Below, piece after piece: positions 37,001 to 45,758 of a DNA stretch of 64,000 nucleotides. The stretch comes from Deltaproteobacteria bacterium (lineage in GTDB: Bacteria; Myxococcota_A; Polyangia; JAAYKL01). The translations under genes and the position numbers were made by a program. The notes below the pieces were generated by a model that ran no database searches, was not told the origin of the DNA, and saw nothing but the letters and a program-made list of their open reading frames with translations. Each line of letters begins with the position of its first letter. The stretch's first letter is position 1. The DNA is taken from assembly GCA_028713995.1 (NCBI GenBank), contig JAQTNF010000007.1, positions 1,740-65,739 of the forward strand, read 5' to 3'.

Positions 37001-40000
37001 TCCAACGGGGAATGGTAACAATAACGGCTTCGCATATGTTTTCTACGGCTCGGCCTCGGGGCTCGGAGTTGCGGCTGATTGGACCGCCAGTGTGAATCCT
37101 GTCAATTTCGGCATGTCGGTCGCTACTGCAGGAGATGTCAACGGCGACGGGTACAGCGATGTTGTCATCGGCTCGCCCCGTTACGGAAACGGCCAGACCC
37201 TCGAGGGCCGAGCGTACGTGTACCATGGCTCTGCCAGCGGATTGGCGACAACCGCCGGTTGGGGTGCCGAGAGCAACCAGGCGAGCGCCTCCTACGGCTG
37301 GTCCGTTGCATCCGCCGGGGACGTGAACGGGGACGGTTACTCGGATATCGTTATTGGTTCCTATATGTACGACAACGGCCAGTCGAACGAAGGCCGCGCG
37401 TTCCTCTACTACGGCAACGGCGGTGCGGGCCTCTCCGTTCGCCCCCGGCAGTTCAACGCCGACGGCGACCCGCAGATGCAGGCGTTCGCCAAGGCCGAGA
37501 CGGGCAACATCCAGATCCAGATACCGGCGCGCTCCGATCGCGGCCGCACCAAGGTCAAGCTCGAGTACGAGATCCAGCCGCACACGACGCCGTTCGATGG
37601 AACGGGGCTGCGGCGGTCGGCGAGTTGGACCGACACGGGCAACCCCGCGGACGGCGTGAACGATCTCACCGAGACCGTGAGCGGGCTTTCGGGAGGCGAC
37701 TACCACTGGCGCGCGCGGCTCGTCTACCACCCTTCCTCACCGGGCGGTGGCGAGCACTCGCGATGGATCGTGTACGACAGGATCGGCTCGTGGCAGCCGG
37801 ACTTCCGCATCTCGGTCGAGAAGAAGCCCGACGGCGAGACCTGCGGCGGCGCCGGCGAGTGCCTGAGCGGCAACTGCGTGGCGGGCACGTGCTGCTTCGA
37901 CCCGTGCGCGACGCCGCCGGATTGCAAGGTCCCGCCGGCCACCTGCCCGGGCGGCACGGCCTGCTCCTACGAGAACGCCGCGGACGCCACCCAATGCCTC
38001 GGCGGAGGCGGCCTGTGCAAGGGCGGCGAGTGCGTGACGAACGAGTGCTATCTCGGCGCGTGGTACGCGAGCGGCCAGCCCACGGAAGGCTGCAAGTTCT
38101 GCGACCCGGCCACGAGCCGGACCGCGTGGACCGACCGTCCCAACACGTACCCGGACTCCTGCGGCACGGCCGCCTGCCCGGCCGACGCCTGCTCCGGCGG
38201 AGCGTGGCTCGACTACGGCGCGTCCTGCCAGCTCACGTGCAACGGCTTCGGGATCTGCGGCTCGTCGTGCGCGTGCACGCCGGCCACGACCGCCTGCTCG
38301 GCCGCAGGCTGCTGCCAGTCCGCTTGCGCTCCGGCCACGGGCTGCTACACCACCGCCGGCTCGTGCGGCGGGACCGACACGTGCAACGCCAACGTGCTCA
38401 CGGTGGGAAACTCGTGCACCGGCTGCGCGCTGAACGGCGCCATCGGCGCATGCGCGGGCGGCGCGACCTACACATGCAACTCGAGCGTGCACCCCACGTG
38501 CGAGAGCCGCTCGTGCAATGGGGCCACGTACTATTGCACGAACGGGGGCGGCATCTGGCAGTGGCGCACGGGCACGGGCTGCGACGACGGGGCCCTGTGC
38601 ACGTACGGGGACGCGTGCGGCGGCGGGACGTGCAGCGGCACGGCGGTGAGCTGCACGGACACGGCGTGCGTGGACCGGACGTGCAACGGGACGAGCGCCT
38701 GCGCCGAGAGCTACATGAGCGGGTCGACCTCGTGCGGCGCCACGGCTTGTCCCGCGGACTCGTGCACCGGGCTGACGTGGCACAACTACGCAGCGACCTG
38801 CACGCGCTATTGCAACGGGTCGGGGAACTGCAACACCTGCTCCTGCGCGCCCGTCGACGTGACGTGCACGGCCGGCGGGTGCTGCCAGGCCGCATGCGAT
38901 GCCGCGACCGGGTGCTCGAGCGCAGCCGGATCCTGCGCGGACGTATGCGGCGCGACGACGCTCGAGGTGGCGCGCACCTGCTCGGGGTGCGGGGCGAACG
39001 GCGCCTCGGGCACATGTGCCGGCACGACGCACGCCTGCAGCGCGGGGAAGGCCTGCGCGCAGGTGACCTGCGGCGGAACGGCGTACACCTGCACGAACGA
39101 CGGCGGCACGTGGCAGTGGCGCGCGTCGGCCGCCTGCAACGACGGGAACGCCTGCACTTACAACGACACCTGCTCCGGGGGCGCGTGCCAGGGGCAGCCC
39201 ATCACGTGCACGTCGGACACGTGCATGACGCGGACGTGCAACGGCACCTCCACGTGCACCGAGAATGCGGCCATCCTCGGCACCCCCTGCGGGACCTCGG
39301 CATGCCAGGCGGACGCGTGCGACGGGCTTGTGTTCGAGAACTACCCGGCGACGTGCAACCGAACCTGCGATGGCGACGGCACGTGCCAGACGTGCACGTG
39401 TACGGCGACAACGACGAGCTGCGCGGCGGGGTCGGGCTGCTGCACGGCGATCTGCAACCCGACGACCGGGTGTGCAACCCAGCCGGGGACTTGTGGCGGG
39501 GGAGGGGACACGTGCGGCGCCGAGGTCCTGACCGTCGGACAGGTCTGCAACGGGTGCGGCTCAAATGGCGCGGAAGGGACTTGCGTCGCGGGCGGGACGT
39601 TCACGTGCAGCGACGCGGTGCACGACGAGTGCGAGCTCGCGAGCTGCGGCGGGAACCCGCTCTACTGCGTGGAGGACCTCATTGACGGCTGGGGCTGGAA
39701 CACGGATCCGGCCTGCGACGACGGCGACGCGTGCACCCACGACGACGCATGCGCGGGTGGCGCCTGTGCCGGGACGCCCATGGAGTGCGTGTCGGACGCC
39801 TGTAAAACGCGGGCCTGCAACGGCACATCCGAGTGCGACGAGCAGGACGTGGACGCGGGCACGCCGTGCGGCGCGGAAGACTGCCCCGCAGACTCGTGCG
39901 GCGGGACGACATGGAGCGACTACCCGGCCGCGTGCGAGCGGGCCTGCGACGGCGCTGGTGCGTGCGCGGGTTGCGAATGCCAGCCGATGACCGACGCGTG

Positions 40001-41777
40001 CTCGGCCTCGGGCTGCTGCCAACCCGTGTGCGTGAACGCGACCGGCTGCGCCACGGTTGCCGGGACCTGCGCGGACGCGTGCGGCGGCCCGGTGATGACC
40101 GTCGCGCGCACGTGCTCGGGGTGCGGCGCCGACGGCGCGGCCGGAGCGTGCTCGGGCGCGGACCACGCCTGCGACGCTCTCGTGGAGTGCGAGGCGCGCA
40201 GCTGCGGCGGGCACATGTATTATTGTACCAACGTCGGTGGAATCTGGTCGTGGCGCCAGGGCCTCGAGTGTGACGACGGCGAGCCGTGCACATACGGCGA
40301 CCGGTGCTCGGGCGACGTGTGCCAGGGGACGTCGATCACGTGTCAGTCGGACGCGTGCATGGCGCGCTCGTGCGACGGCACGGCCTCCTGCGCCGAGACT
40401 CCCAAGCCGGACACGACCTCGTGCGGGGAGCAGCCGTGCCCGACAGGCGGGTGCAGCAGCGGAAGCTGGGCCGCATACGACAAGACCTGCGACGTCAAGT
40501 GCGACGGGGCGGGATCGTGCGAGGCCACCTGCGACTGCGAGCCGGTCGAGGAGCAGACCTGCACGGCGTCCGGCTGCTGCGACGCCGCGTGCTCGAACGC
40601 GCTCGGGTGCTACACGGTGGCCGGCACGTGCTCCGGCACTGACACCTGCGCGGCAAACCTGCTCGTCATCGATCCGTCGTGCGCGGGCTGCGGCCCGAAC
40701 GGCGCGAACGGAACGTGCGGCCCGAGCGGCTCGTACGCGTGCACGGACGCGGATCACGCGGAGTGCGACGCCCGGACCTGCGGCGGCACTCTCTACTACT
40801 GCACCAACGCGGGAGGGACGTGGGCTTGGCGCGCCTCGGCAGCCTGCGTGGACGGCGACGATTGCACCTACGGCGACTCCTGCGGTGCCGGGGCCTGCGC
40901 CGGCGTCGCCCTGACCTGCGACGACGGCAACTGCCTCGACCGCTACTGCGACGGCTCGAGCACCTGCGGCGAGTCCGTGCTCGAAAACGGCGAGCCCTGC
41001 GACGACGGCAACCCCTTGACCGACGGCGACGAATGCATTGCGGGGGGCGTCTGCGCCGGCCTCGAGGCCGGAGGCTGCGATCTGCCGATCGAGGCGGCTT
41101 TGCTGCCGTTCGCGGAGAACGGCTCCACCACGGGTCGCTCAAGCCACGTGAACGACTACGGCGAGCTGTGCGGCGGCTACGTACAGCCGGCGTCCGACGT
41201 GGTGTACGAGGTTGACCTGCACGCTGGCGACGAGCTGCGGGTGACCGTCACTCCTGACGCCGGCTTCAATACCGCCATCCGTCTCATCGCGGCGTGCGCC
41301 GATGGTCTCGACTGCCTCGGGTCGCGCAACGCGGCGGGCGCTGGCGGGGAGGAGGTCCTCGACTACACGACCACCGGGGACGGGGCCGTGACGGTCGTCG
41401 TCGAGGGCGTAGGCACGGGCGCGAACGGCGACTACCACGTCGATATCCGGCTCCTCAACGAACCGATCGACGCGGGCGGAGACGGCGGCGACGCGGCGAC
41501 CGACACGGACACGGATTCCGATTCCGATTCCGATGCCGACGCGGATTCCGATGTCGATTCCGACACGGATGCGGACACGGACGCCGATTCCGACACGGAC
41601 GCGGACGCCGATACCGACGGCGATGCCGATACCGATACCGATACCGACACAGGCACCGACACTCACGTGGACACGGGCACCGGCACGGACGGGGACGGGG
41701 GCGGCGAAGGCACGGACTCACGCATGGGCGGGTCGACAGGGAGCCACGGTTGCGGCTGCTCCGTGATCGGGGCATAG
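34053..41777 (+). CDS. Giant (~2570 aa) secreted lipoprotein: 14 FG-GAP/integrin-alpha-type repeats, beta-sandwich domain, 5-6 tandem ~185-aa Myxococcus-type cysteine-rich repeats, poly-acidic DTD stretch, GCGC C-terminus
   Basis: RBS GGGAGG before MCQVRV. Lipobox LGLAGC|DRG. Repeats SAGDVNGDGYxDVIVGA...NGQTDEGRAYVYHGS with ~61 aa period. Repeats YYCTNxGGxWQWR..CDDGxxCTYxDxCxGGxC..RxCNGTSxC. Ends ...HGCGCSVIGA, like a MYXO-CTERM GCGC motif but without the following TM helix. Confidence 0.85.
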   Translation: MCQVRVMLGLSGPLLSLSLLGLAGCDRGRDGHAPRASAPKPVPATTRQTPKNSNRWLNDVQERIANEEYRVARQDDWSFAAANRAHNLRARFRDGAARIEPRESVAGQGHWAATLAVTGFGREGAVLDVDRGEARSGACDDKAGPGATDECLKRLEIVRDGLVEWWGNWVDGMEQGFDVAERPEGVGELAIRVEVEGLEAKQDGPTGALLRQNGELRLAYSGLSAKDSAGKALPARMAVGADSILFFVDDDDATYPVVIDPLLTSPAWTAESDQAGAQFGYSVASAGDVNGDGFSDVIIGAPYYDGLTDEGAAFVFHGSSSGLSTSANWTVKGGQASALFGNSVASAGDVNGDGYEDVIVGAYAFDNGQTDEGRVFVYHGSSTGLSTTPAWTAESDQASAEFGISVSSAGDVNSDGYADVIVGAHKFANGQAAEGRAYVYHGSASGRSATANWTAEGDQIGAHFGTAVASAGDVNGDGYTDVIIGAPDYDKGITDEGAAFVFHGSASGLSSTYWIAGSMQANSNYGGSVSSAGDANGDGYADVIVGARNYDNGQTDEGRVFFYKGGPDGLSPSADWTNESNQANSGYGKSVAGAGDVNGDGYSDFIVSAHRYDNGQTDEGRVFVYYGSASSFSSTGAWTVESDQAEALLGNSVSSAGDVNGDGYYDIIIGSSYYDNGQTDEGRAYVYYGSAAGLATSSGWTAESNQANAVFGYSVSSAGDVNGDGYADVIVGADYYSNGQTGEGRAYIYHGAASGLSTTAAWSDEGNEANALFGKSVSAAGDVNGDGYGDVIVGAPSYGNGQSGEGRAFVYHGSTSGLSATPDWTAEGDQVNAWFGFSVAAAGDVNGDGYGDIIVGANQYDNDQTNEGRAFVFHGSVSGLSAAADWTAESDQADAEFGRSVASAGDVNGDGYGDVVVGAPYYDNGQTDEGRAYVYYGSATGLAATANWIKESDQPNYALGYSVSSAGDVNGDGYGDVIVGAPNPTGNGNNNGFAYVFYGSASGLGVAADWTASVNPVNFGMSVATAGDVNGDGYSDVVIGSPRYGNGQTLEGRAYVYHGSASGLATTAGWGAESNQASASYGWSVASAGDVNGDGYSDIVIGSYMYDNGQSNEGRAFLYYGNGGAGLSVRPRQFNADGDPQMQAFAKAETGNIQIQIPARSDRGRTKVKLEYEIQPHTTPFDGTGLRRSASWTDTGNPADGVNDLTETVSGLSGGDYHWRARLVYHPSSPGGGEHSRWIVYDRIGSWQPDFRISVEKKPDGETCGGAGECLSGNCVAGTCCFDPCATPPDCKVPPATCPGGTACSYENAADATQCLGGGGLCKGGECVTNECYLGAWYASGQPTEGCKFCDPATSRTAWTDRPNTYPDSCGTAACPADACSGGAWLDYGASCQLTCNGFGICGSSCACTPATTACSAAGCCQSACAPATGCYTTAGSCGGTDTCNANVLTVGNSCTGCALNGAIGACAGGATYTCNSSVHPTCESRSCNGATYYCTNGGGIWQWRTGTGCDDGALCTYGDACGGGTCSGTAVSCTDTACVDRTCNGTSACAESYMSGSTSCGATACPADSCTGLTWHNYAATCTRYCNGSGNCNTCSCAPVDVTCTAGGCCQAACDAATGCSSAAGSCADVCGATTLEVARTCSGCGANGASGTCAGTTHACSAGKACAQVTCGGTAYTCTNDGGTWQWRASAACNDGNACTYNDTCSGGACQGQPITCTSDTCMTRTCNGTSTCTENAAILGTPCGTSACQADACDGLVFENYPATCNRTCDGDGTCQTCTCTATTTSCAAGSGCCTAICNPTTGCATQPGTCGGGGDTCGAEVLTVGQVCNGCGSNGAEGTCVAGGTFTCSDAVHDECELASCGGNPLYCVEDLIDGWGWNTDPACDDGDACTHDDACAGGACAGTPMECVSDACKTRACNGTSECDEQDVDAGTPCGAEDCPADSCGGTTWSDYPAACERACDGAGACAGCECQPMTDACSASGCCQPVCVNATGCATVAGTCADACGGPVMTVARTCSGCGADGAAGACSGADHACDALVECEARSCGGHMYYCTNVGGIWSWRQGLECDDGEPCTYGDRCSGDVCQGTSITCQSDACMARSCDGTASCAETPKPDTTSCGEQPCPTGGCSSGSWAAYDKTCDVKCDGAGSCEATCDCEPVEEQTCTASGCCDAACSNALGCYTVAGTCSGTDTCAANLLVIDPSCAGCGPNGANGTCGPSGSYACTDADHAECDARTCGGTLYYCTNAGGTWAWRASAACVDGDDCTYGDSCGAGACAGVALTCDDGNCLDRYCDGSSTCGESVLENGEPCDDGNPLTDGDECIAGGVCAGLEAGGCDLPIEAALLPFAENGSTTGRSSHVNDYGELCGGYVQPASDVVYEVDLHAGDELRVTVTPDAGFNTAIRLIAACADGLDCLGSRNAAGAGGEEVLDYTTTGDGAVTVVVEGVGTGANGDYHVDIRLLNEPIDAGGDGGDAATDTDTDSDSDSDADADSDVDSDTDADTDADSDTDADADTDGDADTDTDTDTGTDTHVDTGTGTDGDGGGEGTDSRMGGSTGSHGCGCSVIGA
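34850..37430. repeat. Array of 14 diverged ~183-bp tandem repeats (FG-GAP units) inside the giant CDS
   Basis: Recurring ...gccggngacgtgaacggcgacgggtac... every ~183 nt. Confidence 0.8.
38040..41000. repeat. Array of 5-6 diverged ~560-bp tandem repeats (Cys-rich module) inside the giant CDS
   Basis: The YYCTNxGGxWQWR anchor recurs at ~38530, 39085, 39665, 40225 and 40795. Confidence 0.75.
41497..41665. repeat. Tandem GAY-NCS-GAY repeat encoding a poly-acidic DTD/DSD stretch near the end of the giant gene
   Basis: gacacggacacggattccgattccgattccgatgccgac... Confidence 0.8.
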
Positions 41778-41793
41778 GAGAGGAGTGGGACGC

Positions 41794-42756
41794 ATGAGAA
41801 GCCAGCCAACCGTTGCCATCCTCGTCGCGGCCTGCCTCGCCCTATGGGCCGAGTCCGCGCGCGCCGGGACCGACGACGAGGCCAAGGCCCTGTTCCGGAG
41901 CGGAGTGGCCCTCTTCAAAGATGGCGACTACCGGGCCTCGGCCGAGGCGTTCGAAAAGGCTTACGCGCTCAAGCCCACGTACAAGCTGCTCTACAACATC
42001 GGGCAGGCCCGGGCCGCGGCGCACGAGTACGACCTGGCCATCTCGGCCTTCGAGCGCTATCTGGTGGACGGCGGCGACGAGCTCGACTCGGCGCGGCGCG
42101 ACGAGGTGCTCGCGGAGATCGCCAAGATGCGCCCGCTCGTGGGCTTCCTGGAGATCCGCGGGCCGGATGGGCTCACCCTCCTCGTGGACGGCCGCGAGCG
42201 CGGTCGGACGCCGTTGCAGGGCAAGCTCATGCTGACCGTGGGCAAGGCGCACCGCGTGGAGGTGCGCGACGGCGGCAAGCCCCTCATCATCAAGGACGTG
42301 CAGGTTTACGGCGGCACGATCGAGGTGGTGGAGGCGGCGCGGGAGGCCGGGCCGGAGCCGGAGTCCGCCCCCTTCGCGCAGCCTGCGAAGGAGCCCACCT
42401 CGCCTCCCACCAAGGCGCCCGAGCCGGCCGTCAACGACACACTGTGGGTCGCCGGATGGATCACTCTCGGGACCGGGGCCGCCGCGCTCGTCGCGGGCGG
42501 GGTCCTGGGCGGTCTGGCCCTGTCGCAGTCGGGTACGCTCGACGAGGTGTGCCCCGGCGGCGGCTGCTCGCCGAACCGGGAGGCCGAGGTGAAGGCCCTC
42601 GACTCCATGGCTCTCGGGGCCGACATCCTGCTCGGAGTCGGGGCGGCGGCGGCCGCGGCCGGGGTGGTGATGCTCCTGTGGCCGGCAAAGGAAGGCGAGA
42701 GCGCCGCGGCGGTGGTCCCCATGCCGGGAGGCGCGGCGGCCATGGTCGCCTTCTAG
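41794..42756 (+). CDS. TPR-like + PEGA-domain protein with C-terminal TM segments
   Basis: RBS GAGAGGAG. Signal peptide VAILVAACLALWAESARA. TPR-like helices. PEGA segment (GFLEIRGPDGLTLLVDGRERGRTPL). Gly/Ala-rich TM helices. Confidence 0.65.
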   Translation: MRSQPTVAILVAACLALWAESARAGTDDEAKALFRSGVALFKDGDYRASAEAFEKAYALKPTYKLLYNIGQARAAAHEYDLAISAFERYLVDGGDELDSARRDEVLAEIAKMRPLVGFLEIRGPDGLTLLVDGRERGRTPLQGKLMLTVGKAHRVEVRDGGKPLIIKDVQVYGGTIEVVEAAREAGPEPESAPFAQPAKEPTSPPTKAPEPAVNDTLWVAGWITLGTGAAALVAGGVLGGLALSQSGTLDEVCPGGGCSPNREAEVKALDSMALGADILLGVGAAAAAAGVVMLLWPAKEGESAAAVVPMPGGAAAMVAF

Positions 42757-42770
42757 CGAGGAACGAGGCG

Positions 42771-43058
42771 ATGCATCGCGTCAATCTCAAGGTGCTGTGT
42801 GCATTCGCAGCCCTGCTCGCGGGCCCGGTCGCGGCCTGCGAGGCCGTGATCGAGGACTACGAGGTGAAGACCTGCGATCCGGATCCGCCCGCGAGCTGCG
42901 CGGACCTCGGCGACACGGACGCGGAGCGCGTCGGGTGCTGCACGGACGGAGCCAAGGCCGTGTGGTGGTGCGAGGGCGGCGCGCTCAAGAGCCTCGACTG
43001 CGGCGAGCTCACCTGCGACTACGACACCAAGCTCAAGACCATGGCCTGCGTCGACTGA
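42771..43058 (+). CDS. Small cysteine-rich lipoprotein (95 aa)
   Basis: RBS GAGGAACGAGG. Lipobox PVAAC|EA. 10 Cys. Lies in-frame at the end of a longer spurious ORF-track entry (41844..43058). Confidence 0.55.
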   Translation: MHRVNLKVLCAFAALLAGPVAACEAVIEDYEVKTCDPDPPASCADLGDTDAERVGCCTDGAKAVWWCEGGALKSLDCGELTCDYDTKLKTMACVD

Positions 43059-43135
43059 CCGGGAATGCGCGCCCGAAGGAACGGTGGTAGAGTGGTCAAA
43101 TCCAGGCCCTTTAGGGCTCCTCAAGGAGGTTCCTC

Positions 43136-45706
43136 ATGATCCGCAAAGCCGCGCCGCTGCCCGTGGCGGCCTTCCTCATTGCCCTCGCGGCGCTTCCCGG
43201 TGGGGCGGGCGCGCAGAGCTACGTCAAACCCACCTCGGGCGTGCTGCTCCCCTCGCCGTCGCTGACCGAGGCGAACGACGCGACGGCCATCGCGGTCAAC
43301 CCGGCCAACCTGGGCTTCCTCGATGCGTGGAGCTTCGTCTATGCGGGTGCGTTTCTCAAGGACGACCCACCCTTCCACCAGGTCGGCGAGGGTCACGGGC
43401 TGTTCCTGGCCGTTCCGATCGGGCCGCTGGGCTTCGGCATCGCCACGGAGTTCATGACCCCGCCCTCGACCACGCGCTCCTGGCAGGGCCTCGACGAGCG
43501 CACCCGGCTGTCGCTCTCCGTTGCCGTCAACTTCAACCGGGCCGTGGGTCTCGGCCTCGCGTACCGCCACTTCTTTTCGAGCAACGCCTGGTACGGGCTC
43601 GACGGGCTCGACCTGGTGGACATCGGCCTGTCCGTGCGCCCGGTCAATCAGCTGGCCCTGTCCGTGTTCGTGGCCGACATGAACACGCCCACCGTCCGCA
43701 CCGATCCCAGCGGCGCGGGATTCGGCGGCCTGCGCGTCAAGACGCCCCTTCGCGTGAACGTGGGCCTGACCGTGCGCCCGTTCGGCAACGATCGCATGGG
43801 CCTGGGAGGCGAGCTTGCCTACCTGCACGCCACCGACGACTTCCAGCGCACGGACGCCTCCGGGCTGCTGACGCTCATGATCGTGGACGGCCTCACCTTG
43901 CGCGGACGCTTCGGCGTGGAGGGCCTGAGCGGAGACCAGCCGGATCCGACCTATTTCGTGGACGGATCCCTCCTCGTCGATTTCGAGAACTTCGGCATCG
44001 GGATGGGCATGTACTCCCAGGTCGGCCCCAAGAACAGCCGCGATTCGGTCGAGGCCGTGGCCTGGTCCGTGCGCTTCTCGGGAGATGCGGCGCCGGCCCT
44101 GTGGGTGCCCTGCCGCGTGCCGGTCGTCACCCTCACGGAGCAGCCCGACACCTACGGATTCACCGAGCTCGTGGCCCTGTTCGAGCGCATGCAGCGCGAC
44201 CGCGGCGTGGAGGTGGTCCTCCTGCGCCCGGATCCGGGCACGCTCTCTCTTGCGCAGGCCGAGGAGGTGCGAAGGCGCATCCTCAGCCTGCAGGAGGACG
44301 GCAAGAAGGTGGCCTGCTACCTGACCGAGGCAACGGGCCCCGTGTACCTGGCGTGCGCCGCGGCCGACCATGTCTGGCTCAACCCGGCGGGAGGCGTGCG
44401 CCTCGCGGGCCTGTCGACCAGCGCCATCTTCGTCAAGAACCTGCTCGACAAGATCGGCGTCAAGGCCGACATCCTGCGCGTGGGCGAATACAAGAGCGCG
44501 CCCGAGTCGCTCACCCGCACGGGCCCGAGCGAGGCCTCCGACGAGGCCATGAACGCGTTCCTCGACTCGGTCTACGACCGGCTGCTCACGGATCTCGCAG
44601 CGGATCGCGGCTTCGGCACCGTGGACGCGACCCGCGCCATCGTGGAGCAGGGCCCATACGTGGCCCACGAGGCGCTCGGCGTGAGGCTCGTCGACAAGCT
44701 CGTCACCGGCGACGCGATCGAGGACGAGCTGCGCGAGCTGGTCGGCGGCCCGCTCCTCATCGACGACGAGTACGGCAAGGTCGAGCTGCGCCACCGCCGC
44801 TACCTCGACGCGCCGGCCGTGGCGGTCGTGCACGTGCGCGGCGACATCGTCGACGGCGACAGCGTGGACGTGCCGTTCCTCGACATCCACATGACGGGCG
44901 CGCGCACCCTCACAAAGGTCCTTCGGGACCTGCGCGAGGACAGCCGCGTCGCGGCCGTGGTGCTGCGCATCGACAGCCCCGGCGGTTCGGCATTGGGATC
45001 GGATCTCGTCTGGCGCGAGGTCATGAAGCTACGCGCGACGAAGCCCGTGGTGGCGTCGCTCGGCGCGGTGGCCGCCTCGGGCGCGTACTACATCGCGTCC
45101 GCGGCGCACGAGATCTACGCGGAGCCCACCACGCTCACCGGGTCCATCGGCATCTTCTACGGCAAGGCCGACCTCTCGGGCCTCCTGTCCAAGATCGGCG
45201 TCAACGTCACGACGTACAAGCGCGGCGCGCACGCGGACATGGAGTCGTGGGTGCGGGAATACACGCCCGAGGAGCGCCAACGCCTGTCGGGGCAGATCAA
45301 GGAGTACTACCAGATGTTCCTCGACCGGGTGGTCGAGGGACGGGGCCGCGGGTTCACGCGCGAGATCGCGAACAAGGTCGGCCGCGGGCGCATCTGGTCC
45401 GGAGAGGACGCGCGCTACTACCTGCTCGTGGACGAGATCGGCGGCTACGCAGAGGCGCTCGAGCGGGCGCGCGCGCTCGGCAACGTGCACCCCGACACGG
45501 TCGTCTTCGAGTATCCGGAGCCCCAGCACGGGCTGTTGCAGATCGCGGCGAGGATGCTCGGCGTCGGCCAGCGCGAGCCGTCGGTCGTGGACGCCCTGCT
45601 CATGAACGCAGCGCTCAAGAAGACGCTCTCCGCCGCGTTCCCCTTCAGCCTGATCGATCCCGGCGCGCCCCAGGCGCGGCTGCCCTACGCCTTCATCGAG
45701 CCGTAG
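43136..45706 (+). CDS. sppA: Signal peptide peptidase SppA (protease IV, 67K two-domain type) with ~300-aa N-terminal beta-rich extension
   Basis: RBS AAGGAGG. Signal peptide. Two S49 ClpP/crotonase-fold domains (VVLRPDPGT ... and VVLRIDSPGGSALGSDLVWREV ... with the catalytic Ser/Lys region). Confidence 0.8.
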   Translation: MIRKAAPLPVAAFLIALAALPGGAGAQSYVKPTSGVLLPSPSLTEANDATAIAVNPANLGFLDAWSFVYAGAFLKDDPPFHQVGEGHGLFLAVPIGPLGFGIATEFMTPPSTTRSWQGLDERTRLSLSVAVNFNRAVGLGLAYRHFFSSNAWYGLDGLDLVDIGLSVRPVNQLALSVFVADMNTPTVRTDPSGAGFGGLRVKTPLRVNVGLTVRPFGNDRMGLGGELAYLHATDDFQRTDASGLLTLMIVDGLTLRGRFGVEGLSGDQPDPTYFVDGSLLVDFENFGIGMGMYSQVGPKNSRDSVEAVAWSVRFSGDAAPALWVPCRVPVVTLTEQPDTYGFTELVALFERMQRDRGVEVVLLRPDPGTLSLAQAEEVRRRILSLQEDGKKVACYLTEATGPVYLACAAADHVWLNPAGGVRLAGLSTSAIFVKNLLDKIGVKADILRVGEYKSAPESLTRTGPSEASDEAMNAFLDSVYDRLLTDLAADRGFGTVDATRAIVEQGPYVAHEALGVRLVDKLVTGDAIEDELRELVGGPLLIDDEYGKVELRHRRYLDAPAVAVVHVRGDIVDGDSVDVPFLDIHMTGARTLTKVLRDLREDSRVAAVVLRIDSPGGSALGSDLVWREVMKLRATKPVVASLGAVAASGAYYIASAAHEIYAEPTTLTGSIGIFYGKADLSGLLSKIGVNVTTYKRGAHADMESWVREYTPEERQRLSGQIKEYYQMFLDRVVEGRGRGFTREIANKVGRGRIWSGEDARYYLLVDEIGGYAEALERARALGNVHPDTVVFEYPEPQHGLLQIAARMLGVGQREPSVVDALLMNAALKKTLSAAFPFSLIDPGAPQARLPYAFIEP

Positions 45707-45758
45707 AAACCGGATGAGGTTCGCGGACTTTCTGGCCGAGGAGCGGAGGCTGAGTCGC

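Noticed and set aside
34222-41775. Numerous 60-400-aa ORFs on both strands inside the giant gene (e.g. 36690..37730, 37737..39032, 39561..40757)
   Set aside because: All are alternative or antisense frames of the 7.7-kb CDS, whose repeat structure and codon periodicity are coherent; Arg/Pro-rich artefacts.
43060-43135. Possible structured RNA upstream of sppA (ggtggtagagtggtcaaatccaggccctttagggctcc)
   Set aside because: No cloverleaf or recognisable riboswitch consensus. Most likely an ordinary 5' UTR with an AAGGAGG RBS.
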